This document shows, piece after piece, positions 49,913 through 63,837 of a stretch of 64,000 nucleotides of DNA (positions within the stretch are counted from its first letter, which is position 1; each line of letters begins with the position of its first letter). Origin of the DNA: the human T2T-CHM13v2.0 reference genome, Homo sapiens; assembly GCF_009914755.1 (NCBI RefSeq), contig NC_060939.1; one strand, written 5' to 3'. The notes under the pieces were generated by a model, which was given only the letters and a program-made list of their open reading frames with translations, did no database searches and had not been told where the DNA came from. Position numbers and translations under genes: made by a program.

Positions 49913-50133
49913 TTAAAAATATAGTTTAAAGGAAAAAATGAGTTGCCTTAGCCCCATGGTTTCTGTTTTCCTATTGGCTCTGCCAACATTTAGGGTAGCA
50001 CAGCCATAAACCTCTCTTAACCCCCTATGGCTGATCATGTAGAAATAGTTAATTTAGTGGTTAAGGAAAATGCTTTAAAAATGATAACATGTTGTCCTGG
50101 TAATCTCAGGACACATTGTTCAGACTGAACTCA

Positions 50134-50325
<192 letters not shown>

Positions 50326-51752
50326 TTATTAGCACTTTTTCAGAAACAGGAGGGGCAGACTTCAGATCAATTTTCTGGTAGATGAAGTGATTTTAAGTAT
50401 AGTTTAAACATTATACTTTCCACAGTCATTAAAATGGAATATTTTAGATCATCATTTTGGTAGACTCAAATGAGAAGTACTCTATAAGTTCTTTCGGAAT
50501 GATGACAGCTACATATAGTAAGGAAACATGGCATATTCCCCAGCTAAATTTTGTCATATTCTAAAACACTTAGCGAAGAAAATACTGTAAATATGAGGTA
50601 CAGAAACTTAGTATTTCAATTGTACATTATGTCCAGTTAGGAAAAGAGAAAAATAAAATATAGAGAAAAGGTTAAGCAGAAAGAAAGGAAAAAGCAAACA
50701 CAAAGACAGAAGAAAAGGAGGCAGTATGAGCTGGAGAGACTCATTCTTCTCTAGTGCTCTGAAAATTTACGTTCCATTATTTATTGAAAATTCTTTCAGC
50801 AGCACTTTTTGAGCATCTAACTAAATATAATATTACAATTCATAAGAGATATGTACAAAATGAGACTACAAGGAGGGTGATGGGACTTATAGTTGGCCTC
50901 TGAAATTTACATATAAACATAGCCCACAGCTTTCAAGTTTTTTTTTTTAACTCAATATATCTTTGATTAGGACTACTATTAGCTAAGGCTAACTTTTATT
51001 TTTTTTTTTAATAAATCCAAGACTACATCCTACATCTAGAATTTCACCATCTCTGTTATATTAAGGATACCAATTCATACAGGAATCTTCCTGTTAATGT
51101 CAGTAAGCATCTGAAAATTAGTGGTTCTATGCAAAAATACTAACTGGGAGACTGTTTTTCATTATTTGAAATGGAAAATGAAATGCAGTACATGTCAAAA
51201 CAAAACCTCCAACCAACTTTCTAAAAAATAACTAAAACATAATATACACACATACATACAAGTTATCACATTAGGATGAAAACATGCTTAAAATTCCACT
51301 TCCCAATTAATACATTATTAACAAAAAGTTGCGTTGCTTGTAGCAATATGCCCTTTATTAGCACCAGTAACAACGGAGAAGCAAATTCCCTTATAAATAC
51401 CGAATGAGCTTTGTAGAACATCTACACGTGATTCTGAATCTACCAATTATATTTGAAACTTCAGACTTTTCCTGCTCTTTTTGTTAAAAAGAAATGTAAT
51501 TTTAGGAAGTTAATATACATTTTTCCTATATAAACACTACTTATTGTTTTGGGACATATATCCATTCTATGCATATTAGAATTAGAAACCAAGAAGTATT
51601 CAAAACAGGGAAAACACACATCAGGAGAATGCTCTACAGGATATGCTGGCACAACCTGGTACTGACAAGGACTTGATAAATTTATAGCTATGAGAAATAA
51701 TAACCAGAAACAACAGAACAATTGCTAACTAGATCCACTTCTACAGTCCTTA

Positions 51753-52082
<330 letters not shown>

Positions 52083-52371
52083 TTAATTGCTCATTTAAAA
52101 CCCATGTGACATTTTCTTTACTACAAATTAGTTAAGTTGTAAGATTATTAACTTTTCAGTTTAATACTAGTGTCCAAAAAGAAACAAGAAAATCAACAAT
52201 ATAAACATAAGACGATTCTCACATCACTTCCAAAAGATATTATTTGGGAAAAATGATCAATGACTACATAATTTTGAAAAGGTATCAATAATCTCTTTTA
52301 AGATTGAAGAAAAAGGTAATTTGGAAAATTCCCTAGAAGAACTACTGCTGGTAAACTCTGAGTTTACTTTA

Positions 52372-52581
<210 letters not shown>

Positions 52582-53043
52582 TCATTTGAAAAATATATAT
52601 GTATCCATATACTCTAATAAAGTTAACTGAGAAGTGCTAAAAATCTCATCTAGAACAATCTCCACTATACAGTTATTTAAAATAGGGGAAAAATGGAAAC
52701 AACATAAATGTTATGGTTGCTTCAATAAATAACAGTAAATCCACATGAAAATTTATGCAGGTATTGAAAAACATATGTAGGAGAATATCTAATAACATGG
52801 AGAAATGCTTATCTAGTAATATTAATAAAAAGTTATAAAATACCTTATACTATAGCCTCAATTTTAAAAACACATTGTGCATGTGGAGTATGTGTAGAAA
52901 GAGGCTTAAATGATATAAAACAAGAGGTCACTAGAGGGTATCTTCAGGAAATAAGGTTTTGGGGGATTTTCTTCTTTTTTATACTTTTTGCTGTATAACA
53001 AAAAAAATTGATACTTAAAAAAATTTAAAGATACTTGTACTTA

Positions 53044-53223
<180 letters not shown>

Positions 53224-53641
53224 TTAAGCCTTCTTTTCCCTTAAGTTCCCAATACAAATGTTTATAGAAGAGACTGTGCAATTTCCAGTCGCTTTTCTGT
53301 AACGTTCATCCCCTTAGAAACCCTACTCAGACCATTCCCTTGCTCTGTTTTCTCAGCACTTAAAATCTGTATCCCATCTTCTTCTTGCTTTGGGTTACAC
53401 ACTGTCCTGGAATTGGGTTTCAACTGTTTCAGATGCCTGTGTTTTGTTTTCCAACTGTGCTGAAGCTCTGTAGAAACCTACTAGGTTTTCTAATTCCATG
53501 TTCCCTATGGATCCTGGTAGACAGTTTATGCTCATATAAACGATCATTGAACATGCACCTCGATATAAAACAAAAAGAAAGTTAACCTTAAGTAGGTGTC
53601 TTTTTCAGAAATAATGTAAGATTTTCAATTCTTTGAACTTT

Positions 53642-53875
53642 GTGTGTGTGTGTGTGTGTGTGAGCAACAAGGCTGTTTATTTCACCTGTGTGCAGGCGGG
53701 CTGAGTCCGAAAAGAGAGTCAGCAAAGGGTGATGGGATTATCATTAGTTCTTACAGGTTTTGGGATAGGCGGTGGAGTTAAGAGCAATGTTTTGGGGGCA
53801 GGGGGTGGATCTCACAAAGTACATTCTCAAGGGTGGGGAGAGTTACAAAGAACCTTCTTAAGGGTGGGGAGATTA
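53642..53875 (-). mobile_element. HERV-H LTR7-family fragment (partial U3 + R, no U5) with (CA)11 tail and 16-bp TSD
   Basis: Reverse complement matches LTR7: ...CCCACCCTTAAGAAGGTTCTTTGTAA...GACTCTCTTTTCGGACTCAGCCCGCCTGCAC..GGTGAAATAAACAGCCTTGTTGCTCACAC; TSD caattctttgaacttt at 53626-53641 and 53876-53891. Confidence 0.9.
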
Positions 53876-54834
53876 CAATTCTTTGAACTTTTAAAAAGAG
53901 GATGAGGAAACTGATAAGAGTCCATGTGGTATGAAGGAAAACACATGAATTTCAGAGTCAGAGACATCAGTTTACATTCTAACTTTGCTGCTTACAAGGT
54001 TGATAAGCCTAGGAAAAATTAACCTTTCTGAACTTTTCTTCACATGTTAACTTACAGATTATAATAGAAATAAAACAACAAATGCACAACACCTACACAA
54101 GGCCTGGAAATACCAATATAAATGTGAACATGGCATCTCGTGTTTCCTGTGATGCTACCCTCTCAACACTCCGTAAGTTGAGGAACAAAATTACTCTATT
54201 CCCCCTGGTGATGGATATAACTTTTTGTTTTAAACAACTCACTCCCACCCCATCTATTTTTTAATAAACGCTACCAAGAAAGTGGAAAAATAGAATTTAA
54301 GAAACAAAGAAGCAATCTCAATAGCAAAGATATAATAACCTACTAAAGTTATATTAAGAAAAAATTTCAATTAAACTATTGACTTAAATTCTGACCCAGA
54401 CCCTTTGTATCAACTCATTGTTTTGAGTGATATATCAACTTTCTTCGATTATTTGCAAGTCTACGAGTTTTAGAAGATATCAGCTTCAAAAAACACTGTG
54501 TAGAATAGTATGGTGCTAAATATTATTATTTATAAATAATAGTCATATCCAACTGCCCTTATCGCCATATTCTGTAAAACAAATTGTCTTGGTTTTCATC
54601 ATATTTTAACATATCTATGTTTTAAATATACTACAGTTGGACAAATAACTCATTTACTCTCCTGGCCTCTACTAAAGAGCTAAGTAATCACAAAATGAAT
54701 TGCAGTTGTTAAATTTTTAATCTCAAAATTCTTAAAACCCTTTCTGGTCTTAAAGTAATTATTATCTATCTCTTAGTAATAAGTACTAAGAGTAATAAGT
54801 GCCTTAGTAATAAGCAGTCAGTGGTAGTTACAGG

Positions 54835-55430
54835 TGGCTTCTTTTAGCAGTATTTCCCGAGTTGTGCTATGGTGCCAGGTGTGCTAAGTGCTGGAACAGG
54901 ACTTGATCCTTATTGCTATAAAGACTACACTCCAAAGGGAAGTACAGACAGCAAATGATTACAAGGATGGTGAATGTTATAAAAAGCATAGGAACTATGG
55001 GGAGTGTATAACAGGAGGACTAAACAGGTCTGCAGTGGTTAGGAAAGCCTCCCTGAGGAAGTAATGTATTGGGGAAAAGATGAGAAGGAGTTAGCCAGCC
55101 AAATGAGATCAGGATGTTTTGGTGAAGGGAGAAAACAATGAAATCCATGCTATGGCTCTACTGAGAGAAATTAAGAGAGCTGGGGGAAGACAAGGTTGAA
55201 GGGGCTGGCAGGTGCTGGATCAAGAACTTTTCAAACCCCGTTAAACTAAGTGTTTTTGGTTTTATACTGAAGGCCATGGCAAGCCACTGAAGAGCTTTAA
55301 ACAAGAGTGTCATGTTTCAATTCACTTTTTAAAAAGGTTGCTCCAGCTACCCTATGGAGAATGGATTAGAGGGGCTAGACTAGAAGCATAAAGAGTCAGG
55401 GAATTATTGCCAGTGTCCAGGCAAGAGAAA
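54835..55430 (-). mobile_element. L2 fragment
   Basis: tatggtgccaggtgtgctaagtgctgg...ggaaagcctccctgaggaagt...aagccactgaagagctttaa. Confidence 0.65.
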
Positions 55431-56630
55431 GAAGTGGATGTACAAAATAAACTTATTAACCTGGTCTTTTCTGAATGACACCATTATTTAGGACCCTGGC
55501 ATTTTGTTTTTTGTCCATTTAAATATTTATTATCTGGTATGTGGTGGGCACCATGGCTATTAGGATGAACAAGATATGGCATATTCCTTCTCCTCAGAAA
55601 ATTCTTGGAGAATTTGGAGAAGGTATCTGACAAGTGACCAAACAATTACAATACAGAATGGTAATGGTGATAATAGAGGAAGAGCCAATGCTACAGGGCC
55701 GCACAAGAGCAGCCCACTTCACCCTGACTAGGGAAAATCAAGAAGGGCTTTGCAGATAAAGCATCTTCTGAGTTGAATCCTAAAGGATGAGAGTAAGACT
55801 AAAAAGAATGTTGGGGAAAAGTACAGGACAGAATACAAACATCATATGCAATGAAGGTCCAGCAGTAAAAGAAATAGGACCAGCTCAGGAATCGGAAGCA
55901 TTTCAAATGTAGAGTATAGCGTATAGGCTATAAGCGATAGTGAAAGGTAAGAAGAGGGAGCAGCGATCTAAGCCCCAAAACTTCCCTTCTTCAGAGGGGC
56001 ACTGGGAAATGGTAGAAAATATCCCTTTCCAAATGTCTCACAGCATTGTGATGAATGGACTAGAAGGAGGCCAGTCCAGACCCTCACGCCCTTGTTTATG
56101 CCTTTTCCCTCTATCTCAAACGTTGTTCTCCTTGGCAAACACCTCTATTTTTCAAGGCTTAGTCAAACCTTTCTTAACTTTAATAAGAGGTAGAATTAAC
56201 AATCCTCTTTCTGAGGAAAACACTGCCAACAGCATTCAACGTTTAATTATTTGTTAATCTGTTGTTAGATCTCCTCACTTAACCAAAAGCTTCTTGAAGG
56301 AAGGGAACACATCTCCACCAGAACTGGAATTTTGTATGATTTATTCACTGCTGCATCCCCAGTGCTTAGAAGCCTGCTTGACGTATACTGGGCCCTCAAT
56401 ATCTGTTTAATCAAGAAAGGAAGAAAGGAATGTGACCTTTTAATCAGAGCTGAAATCTTCCTCTTTTGAGTTTTGTAATAATAATTTGATTAGTAAAAAT
56501 AAGATCCAAATTAGTTTATATTAATCCCAAAAGAGGATCAGTGCACACATTAACTAAAATGTCACATTTGAACATTTCAACAAGGATCAAAGAAATTCAT
56601 ATTGGTAGCAGTGCTACTTTAAATGCTAAC

Positions 56631-56798
56631 CTCCAATTTTTTCCACTACAGCTTTGTGCTTCCTTTCTAAATGCTGAAGATGCCTACAGCATTTCTCCAG
56701 TTTTCCTTTCAGATCTTGACATTCCTGCTTTGCCTTTTCAAGTTCTTGGAAGCAGTGTCCACAGCATAAATCCTTAATTTCAAGGACCTTTTTCTTAT
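56631..56798 (-). CDS. CEP152: CEP152 internal coding exon (168 nt, symmetric phase 1-1; DKKKVLEIKDLCCGHC...VVEKIG)
   Basis: tttttgcag|AT AAG AAA ... ATT GGA G|gttagc; open frame continuous with both neighbouring exons. Confidence 0.93.
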
Positions 56799-57039
56799 CT
56801 GCAAAAATTAAATGACAGAAAACTTTTATATCAGTTTAGACCAAGAACTATCATTAAAAAAAAAAAAAAAGACAGAAAGAAAAGCAGATGACTCATGACT
56901 AAAGGCTACAGCACGACTGAAAGAGTGTGATGCTTAAGATAGAGAGACATGGGTTTACATATTGTTTCTGCTGCTTACTGGCTGTGTGACTTGGAGCATA
57001 TTAATTAACTTGTCTAAGGCACTACTGGATACTACCATC

Positions 57040-58390
57040 TACTTTAAAAATAGTCATGAAACCTATTGCTCTGGATCTTGGTATTGAATACCATTCCCTA
57101 CTAAAGGGAGTCAAGGATCTTCAAGAAATGGCTGACTCCAGTACTGGGGAGGGTATATACAAAATAAGACTGAAATATCTTCCTATGCCAGAAAGTAAGA
57201 AAGTACTCAAAAATACAGGCATGTCACAAGGACATAGGAGCCAGTTTGAAGGAGCTCCACTAGCTGAATCTGGGACAATTTGAGCACTAATGAAATATAG
57301 TAATGAATTATAAAGTATTAAAAATAGGAATTTATGAGTCATACCAATAATTTTATGAATGGTAGGTAGGTAAGTGGGTTGGTAAGTAGGTAGGTAGATG
57401 GATCGATGGACAGAGAGATAAAATAAATACACAAATGAGAGGAAAGGATTCTTGATTCAACATGCTTAGTGCCAACTGGGATAAATAGAGGGAGGAAGTT
57501 GGAAGAATTATAATTTCACAACCACCATAGTAAAGACTGGATCAAGCAAGAATCATCAACGGTTGCCAAATATAAGAGAAGGTTTTCATGAGAGGAAGAT
57601 ATTTGCATGGTCTTAAAAAGTGTCTCCCACAGATTGCTTATCAACTGATAAGCAAGGGTGAAAAAAAAACAGTAATTATATAGTGAAGAAATTAGACAAC
57701 ATATTCACTAGGTAATGAAAAGTAACCTCACCAATAAGACATATGGACACCACAATTTTTAGATGTAACAACATATCACCCCTTGCAGTGCTCCAGCTGA
57801 GAAAACACAACCTGAATCAACCATGAAGAAACACCAGACAAACCCCAAATGAGAAAAGTTCTGTTAAAAAAAAATGAAGGTGGAAGCAGAGAATATTTCT
57901 CAAAAATGTCAATGTCATGAAAGACAAAGAGAGGCTGTGGAAATGTTCTAGATTAAAGGAGGCTAAAGATACATTACAACTAAATGTAACAGCTGACCCT
58001 AGACAAACGTCTGTACTGGAAGAGAAAAAAAAAATGCTATAAGACATTATTGGGTCAATTGACAAAATTAGAATACAACAGTAGATTAATACAATACTTT
58101 AATGTTAAATTTACTGTACTAAGGTTAAACAAGAAAATATTCATATTCCTGGAAAATACAGTCTGAAGTACTTAGCCATAAAAGTCACAATGTATATATA
58201 ACTTACCCTCCAATGGTTCATAAAAAAATGAAATATTCACATACACATATATACATAAGAGCACAAAATGGAGTAAAATGTTAATAATAGGTGTATCTCA
58301 TTAAAGGGTATGTGAATGTTCTTCGCAACTATTTTTCTTTTTGCTATTTTTCTATATGTTTGAAATTATTTCCAAGTTTAAAAAATGATT
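57040..58390 (+). mobile_element. Old L1M (L1MC/ME-type) 3'UTR with internal (AGGT/AGAT)n tract
   Basis: caacctgaatcaaccatgaagaaacaccagacaaacccc, atgtcaatgtcatgaaagacaaaga, gtttgaaattatttcc. Confidence 0.7.
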
Positions 58391-60535
58391 TAAAACTTTT
58401 AGAAGACGTAAATATATAAGAACTGTTTGGCACAGTAGCTGGCACAGAGCAAGTACACAATAAATAACAGACATTGTCATTAGTAATACATAAAATTTAT
58501 AAAATTAAAATATACAAAAATGATTAAAAAGTAGACTATTAACATAAGTGATATAATAAAGCAGGAATACAAGTTAGCACAGGCTCAGGGGCCAAAATGT
58601 TACTGTAAAGTCATTGATCCAGCAAAATTATTCTTAGCTCTCTCCTGACATTTTAGTTTGATTTAAGTGGTGCCATTTATGTTAATGAACATTAAAGGAT
58701 TAATGAAACATCACAATGGTACCATAAATTGCATTTATATTTTTCATCTAGGATACTGTTGTAAAATTGGAACTCGTGCAAATACCACTAACAAGAGAAC
58801 AGATAACTCATAGTATATTCATACACTGAAATACTATGTAGCAATGAAAATGAATGAACTAGAGCTATTGCATCAACACAGACAAATCTTAGTAGCATGC
58901 TGTTAAACAGGAAAAAAGCAAGTTACAAAGAATATAGAGTATTAAACTATTTTTATAATGTTAAAACACAAAAAGGCAACAACTTTTTGAGGGTACATAC
59001 ACATAATTAAAACATTAAAAAAGACAGTAATTTTTGAAAATCAGAATATTTGTTAGCTCAGACTGGGGAGAGGTTGCAGGCATAGAACTGTGGTCAACAG
59101 CACTGGTGATGTTCTGTACCTTAAGCTGAATAATGGGTTCCTGGTTGCTAGGCTTCATAACTTACAGATGCATACATATATTCTTTGAATGAACTAAGTA
59201 TTTCATAATTAATGTTTTAAGTACTTCAAATAATAATGAGATATTAGGACAACATAACCAAACATCCAACAGTGGTACTCTCTGGTGGTAGGATTTTAAA
59301 GGACTTTATCACTTAATACATGTTTTGTATTATTTAATCCTTTCTAATGAATTTATTAATGTGTTTGTTTTTAAGGGAAAAAAGACTAAAGAAAAATATT
59401 TTTATAGTCTGATTTTTCTTTGGCCAAAACTAATTGCTTTTATATTTATAGGACTTCCTAAAGCTAAGTAACATCCAAAACTTGTTTCTACCCATTCATT
59501 TCACAGATTAAGATAGAATTCTCAGGCTATTCCAAACAGGGCATAAAAAGTACAATGCAAAATACAAATTAAGGTAATATTATCATCCACTGAATTGGCA
59601 GTAAGATATTCTCAGCCACCTAGAACCTAGAAGTAGGGGAAAAGGGTTTGTGAACAATGAGAAAGGCAGAGATGGTATAGGCAGAGATTCTCTAAGATTC
59701 TGGTAACATTGCCTTCTGAATTAGAAATGTGTGCAAACTGAGGTTATTTACTTAGTAGGTATGACTGGCCTTGGCAATTATTAGTTCTTTTCCAGGTTAC
59801 ATTAGAAACAGCAAATAAGCAGCAGAGAGAGGCTGTTGCGTTTGTGTGGGGAGGAAAGGAGTAGGCTGCAAAGGGTCAAGAAGCTAAAAGAGATGGGAGC
59901 TAATAAAGGATTTGCAAATTTCTAGCTCTGAAATCTCCATGAATAGGCAATATAAGTCCTATACTCCTCAGTAAGCTCTGAATACAAGCGGCTCTAGTAC
60001 AGTATAAGAATTCTTTTGTCATGATGAAGAGTCTAAGTCATTAAGGAAAAGTTAAACTATTAATTCATCACTCTGCCATACGTTGGAAAGGAAGAGATTA
60101 AAAACACTGCCCAGGCCCTCAGAAAAACTCACAAATCAATTAGAAAACATCTAATACATTTCAGAAAGATTTCCATTAAAAAGTGATTGAAATTAGTTTC
60201 AGTAATTTGAATGAAAAAGTCTGTATTACTTGGCAATTCTCTGATGTGAAACCCTTGATTTCAGGGAATAAAAACATGACTTCTCCATTAAAACTCTCAT
60301 GATTCTCCTTGTAACAAGAATCAGTTGTGAATGAAGGGAAAACCATAAATAGAAGAAGAGGGCCTAAATTAACCCTCTTATCTAAATACAAAATGAAATC
60401 TAGGAAGAGGGGACATTAAGTCAGACGATTATTACCCATTTGTTCACATCTATGATCTCCTTTTATCCTCAAAGCAACCCTTCAGATGGGTGATTATGGA
60501 TGCTACAAAGACTGGTGGGAACAAAATCCAATTAC

Positions 60536-60656
60536 CAGCTTCTGCTTCTGTTGCTTGTAAGGCCAAGGGCTGAGCATGGTGTCCAGCAGCAGGTCCAGGG
60601 TCTCCTTGGCCAGTGCCCTGGCTGGCAGAATCCTTAGAGAGCTCGGCCATATTTCT
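60536..60656 (-). CDS. CEP152: CEP152 internal coding exon (121 nt; [40 protein letters not shown])
   Basis: Minus-strand acceptor ctttatttcag|AGA AAT ATG and donor GCT G|gtaatt; phase 0 to 1; peptide matches recalled human CEP152. Confidence 0.95.
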
Positions 60657-61319
60657 CTGAAATAAAGTATCTTCAAAGTTAATGCTTAGTAAAAATCTTT
60701 ATACAATTTTATATTTAAAATGCTAATATTAAAAATACAAAGAGAAAACACTACCTGAAAAAAATCTTGCCTGAACTATCTATCGCCAATATTTTTCTTA
60801 GGGTGTTATATAAGTACTGTCACTGTACTAGGAACTAGCTTCCTATGAAACTTTCCAAATAAGAACACTGTCTGACAGGCGACTGGTGGGCAGCTATGAG
60901 ACAGACAGAAGATATGGTTTGCACATTATATATGTGAATTTGAGATTTTTCAATGGTTTACGTGATTAAACCACATGAAAGACAATATAAAATCAGAATT
61001 GTTCTTGAAAATCTAGAACATTTTTACTACAGCAAGGAACAAGTTAATTAGCAAGTATAATGCTAACCCTCTGCCTCCTATGAATTGAAAATAACAGTTA
61101 AAAATCATTTTAAATTTATATAGTACTTCATATGCTTCTAAATACTTTAACATACACAGTAATTTTGTAAGGAAGGCCAGCTGAATGCCAAAGTTAAGGA
61201 CAGAAACTGAGGCTTAGCTAAATTAAACATCTTGCACAAGACCATTTCTTCACTAATATTTATTGAACGTTTTTATGTTCCAGTCCTTGTCACAGCAATA
61301 CAGCTACTAAATCAATGGA

Positions 61320-61512
61320 TTTTTCATTTTTGGTTTTTGTTTTGAGATGGAGTCCTCCTCTATCGGCCAGGCTGAAGGGCATTGGCGCGATCTCAGCTCA
61401 CTGCAACCTCCACCTCCCAGTTCAAGCGATTCTCCTGCCTCAACCCTCGTGATCCGCCTGCTTTGGCCTCCCAAAGTACTGGGATTACAGGTGTGAGCCA
61501 CCACGCTCAGCC
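61320..61512 (-). mobile_element. AluS with large internal deletion
   Basis: Both Alu ends present, middle ~120 nt absent; TSD aaatcaatggattttt. Confidence 0.9.
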
Positions 61513-63695
61513 AAATCAATGGATTTTTATGGTAATGTTTTCAGATTTAAGATGACTACTAAATCGGAAAGGAACAGAATAGGTGGTATGGAGAAAGTAG
61601 TCTTACTGATTATTTAAAACATACTATATATGCCTGATTCTAGAAGCCTTGATTTTGATTATGAGAAACCACTTAATTGACTGTCAGAAAACCTACTTAC
61701 AATGTCCAACAGAAGCAGAGGTTAGCAATTATAGAGAAGAGGCAATCAAGAAGCTATGGGTTTGAGGTCAAAAGGAGTAGGAAAAGCTGAACCAAAATGC
61801 AGTCAGTGCTTCCAGTTTTTACTCAAAACTGGGGAAGAAAAGTCAAGATAACAGAAAAGGGAGAAAAGCAACAACCTTTTTGTCTCAGTTTTAACTTGAC
61901 TTTGATGGTAAAAGAGACAACATACATCCTTAAGTTTGCTTGAAAATTTTGTTCCATTTGATATTTGTTTTATCTGTTATGAACTACTGTATTAATATAT
62001 TTTGATATGGCATTCATTTTCTTGAAAGCTATATTTTTCATTCATTGCATCCTCTCCATTTAAAAAAACTTTTGATTGTCTCAGTTATTTTAATGAGGAC
62101 TTGTTTTTATATATTAATAAACCATCTTTTGTTTTAATTTCCATGAACAATTTTTAAAACTAGAGAGTTAATAAATTATAAATTATAGTTCCTCACATTT
62201 ACAGCACCTATGTAACAAATTTAAAATCACTGCTCTATAATCATAGCTTTACCTCAAGGTCCTGAGTGAAGATAGCTCGAAAATGGCAGAAGGTCAAGTA
62301 TTACTTCTATGACAAATTCCAGATTAGGCATTTCAAAGCCATCCTTTTCTCAGGAATGGAATCTGACCCACCCAACAAAAGCCGTAAACATCTAAATTCT
62401 TAGCCAGATTATGTGATTCTGTCTCCATAGACTTATGAGCCTCATTAAGTCACACAGATGATCTTATACTGCTTGCACAATTATAAGCCCTGTAAAAAGA
62501 CTCCAGGGTTGATTTTATATGTATATATTAATGGTAGGAGAAAGGTGTCATAGTTTCTTGATTTTTATAACAGATTTTATAACTGTTATAAAAATCGAAA
62601 CATGCTTACAAACGAAAGCATGTAAACATGATTTTCCCATCATTTCTCATCTCCAAATCTGCTATAATTTTTTAATTATATGTTTTCTCCAAGTTATTTT
62701 AATTATTTTCTCCAAAAAATCTCAATTAAGTGTGAAGCAGTATTCATGGGAAGTGATCTTGCCCAGTAAATTTTACATTGAAGGCAACTACTCGGTAGCA
62801 ACATCTTTGTGAGGTCAAGGATAAAAATATCAACTGGGGTGAAGTAGGATGGAGTGAGCTGATCTTTCAGGTCCCTTCTGGCTCTAAAATTCTATACTGT
62901 TTCAAATGCAGGACCCAGAAAGGCTAAGCTGTGCCATGCATATCCTACCCAAACCCAAGGAATTAGGCCGGGGATTTGTATTTTATTTTTCCAGTGAGCA
63001 ACTATGTGATTGCCCAATATAATAATCTAGTTATCATCGAATATGGAACTGAAACTCAAGGTTATTTTTTCTAGTTTATAACTCTCCCAAGTAGGTATTA
63101 ATACCAAATGCTCAATCCTGGCCTTGAAACTCCTTAATCACAATATTTTGATGGAACTTCACTCTTAAGTCTCAACTCTATTAGACAAACCTTATAATAC
63201 TGGCTTTTTTTTTTTTCCTGCCTCTAATCCCAAATGTTGAAATTGGCTAATCACCATGCTCAGAATATCATTCTGGATCTTTCATGCATACCTAATTGCT
63301 TTGATCATAAGGTAGCAAGAATTTGGTTTTACTGAAACTTTCATACAAATTAAAAGCTGGTCTCAGAGAGTACTTATATAACTAAAAGAATATAATTAAT
63401 TCTATATGCACATATATAGTACATCCAGAAACTGGGCTTCAGAGTTTTATGCGAGTGAGTCGTATTTATTTGCTTGTTTCTATATCAATACCTTTGTACT
63501 TGGTTGGCATTTTTTTGCCTAAATGAGACATAAATTTATTGAGGGCAATAAATAGGCTTCCAAACTCTTTACAAGCTTTTAAGAAACTCTTATTATGCAT
63601 ATTTCATGAAGTGGTCAGGCCCAGAAAACAGAATTTTGAAAAAAAAATTTTCAGTTTCTGAAATCTCAGGCCCTTAGAAAGAACAGCATATATTC

Positions 63696-63837
63696 TTTAT
63701 TTTATTTTAAGTTCTGGGATACATGTGCTGAACGTGAAGGTTTACTACATAGGTATACATGTGCCATGGTGGTTTGCTGCACCTATCAACCTGTCATCTA
63801 GGTTTTAGGCCCCGCATGCATTAGGTATTTGTCCTAA
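63696..63837 (-). mobile_element. L1PA7/8-like extreme 3' end (~140 nt)
   Basis: ttttaagttctgggatacatgtg...catgcattaggtatttgtcctaa; TSD atattcttta. Confidence 0.88.

Noticed and set aside
60450-60650. 66-aa ORF starting MAELSK as a first coding exon
   Set aside because: The Met is internal: an acceptor lies 6 nt upstream and the ORF tail after 60536 is intronic.
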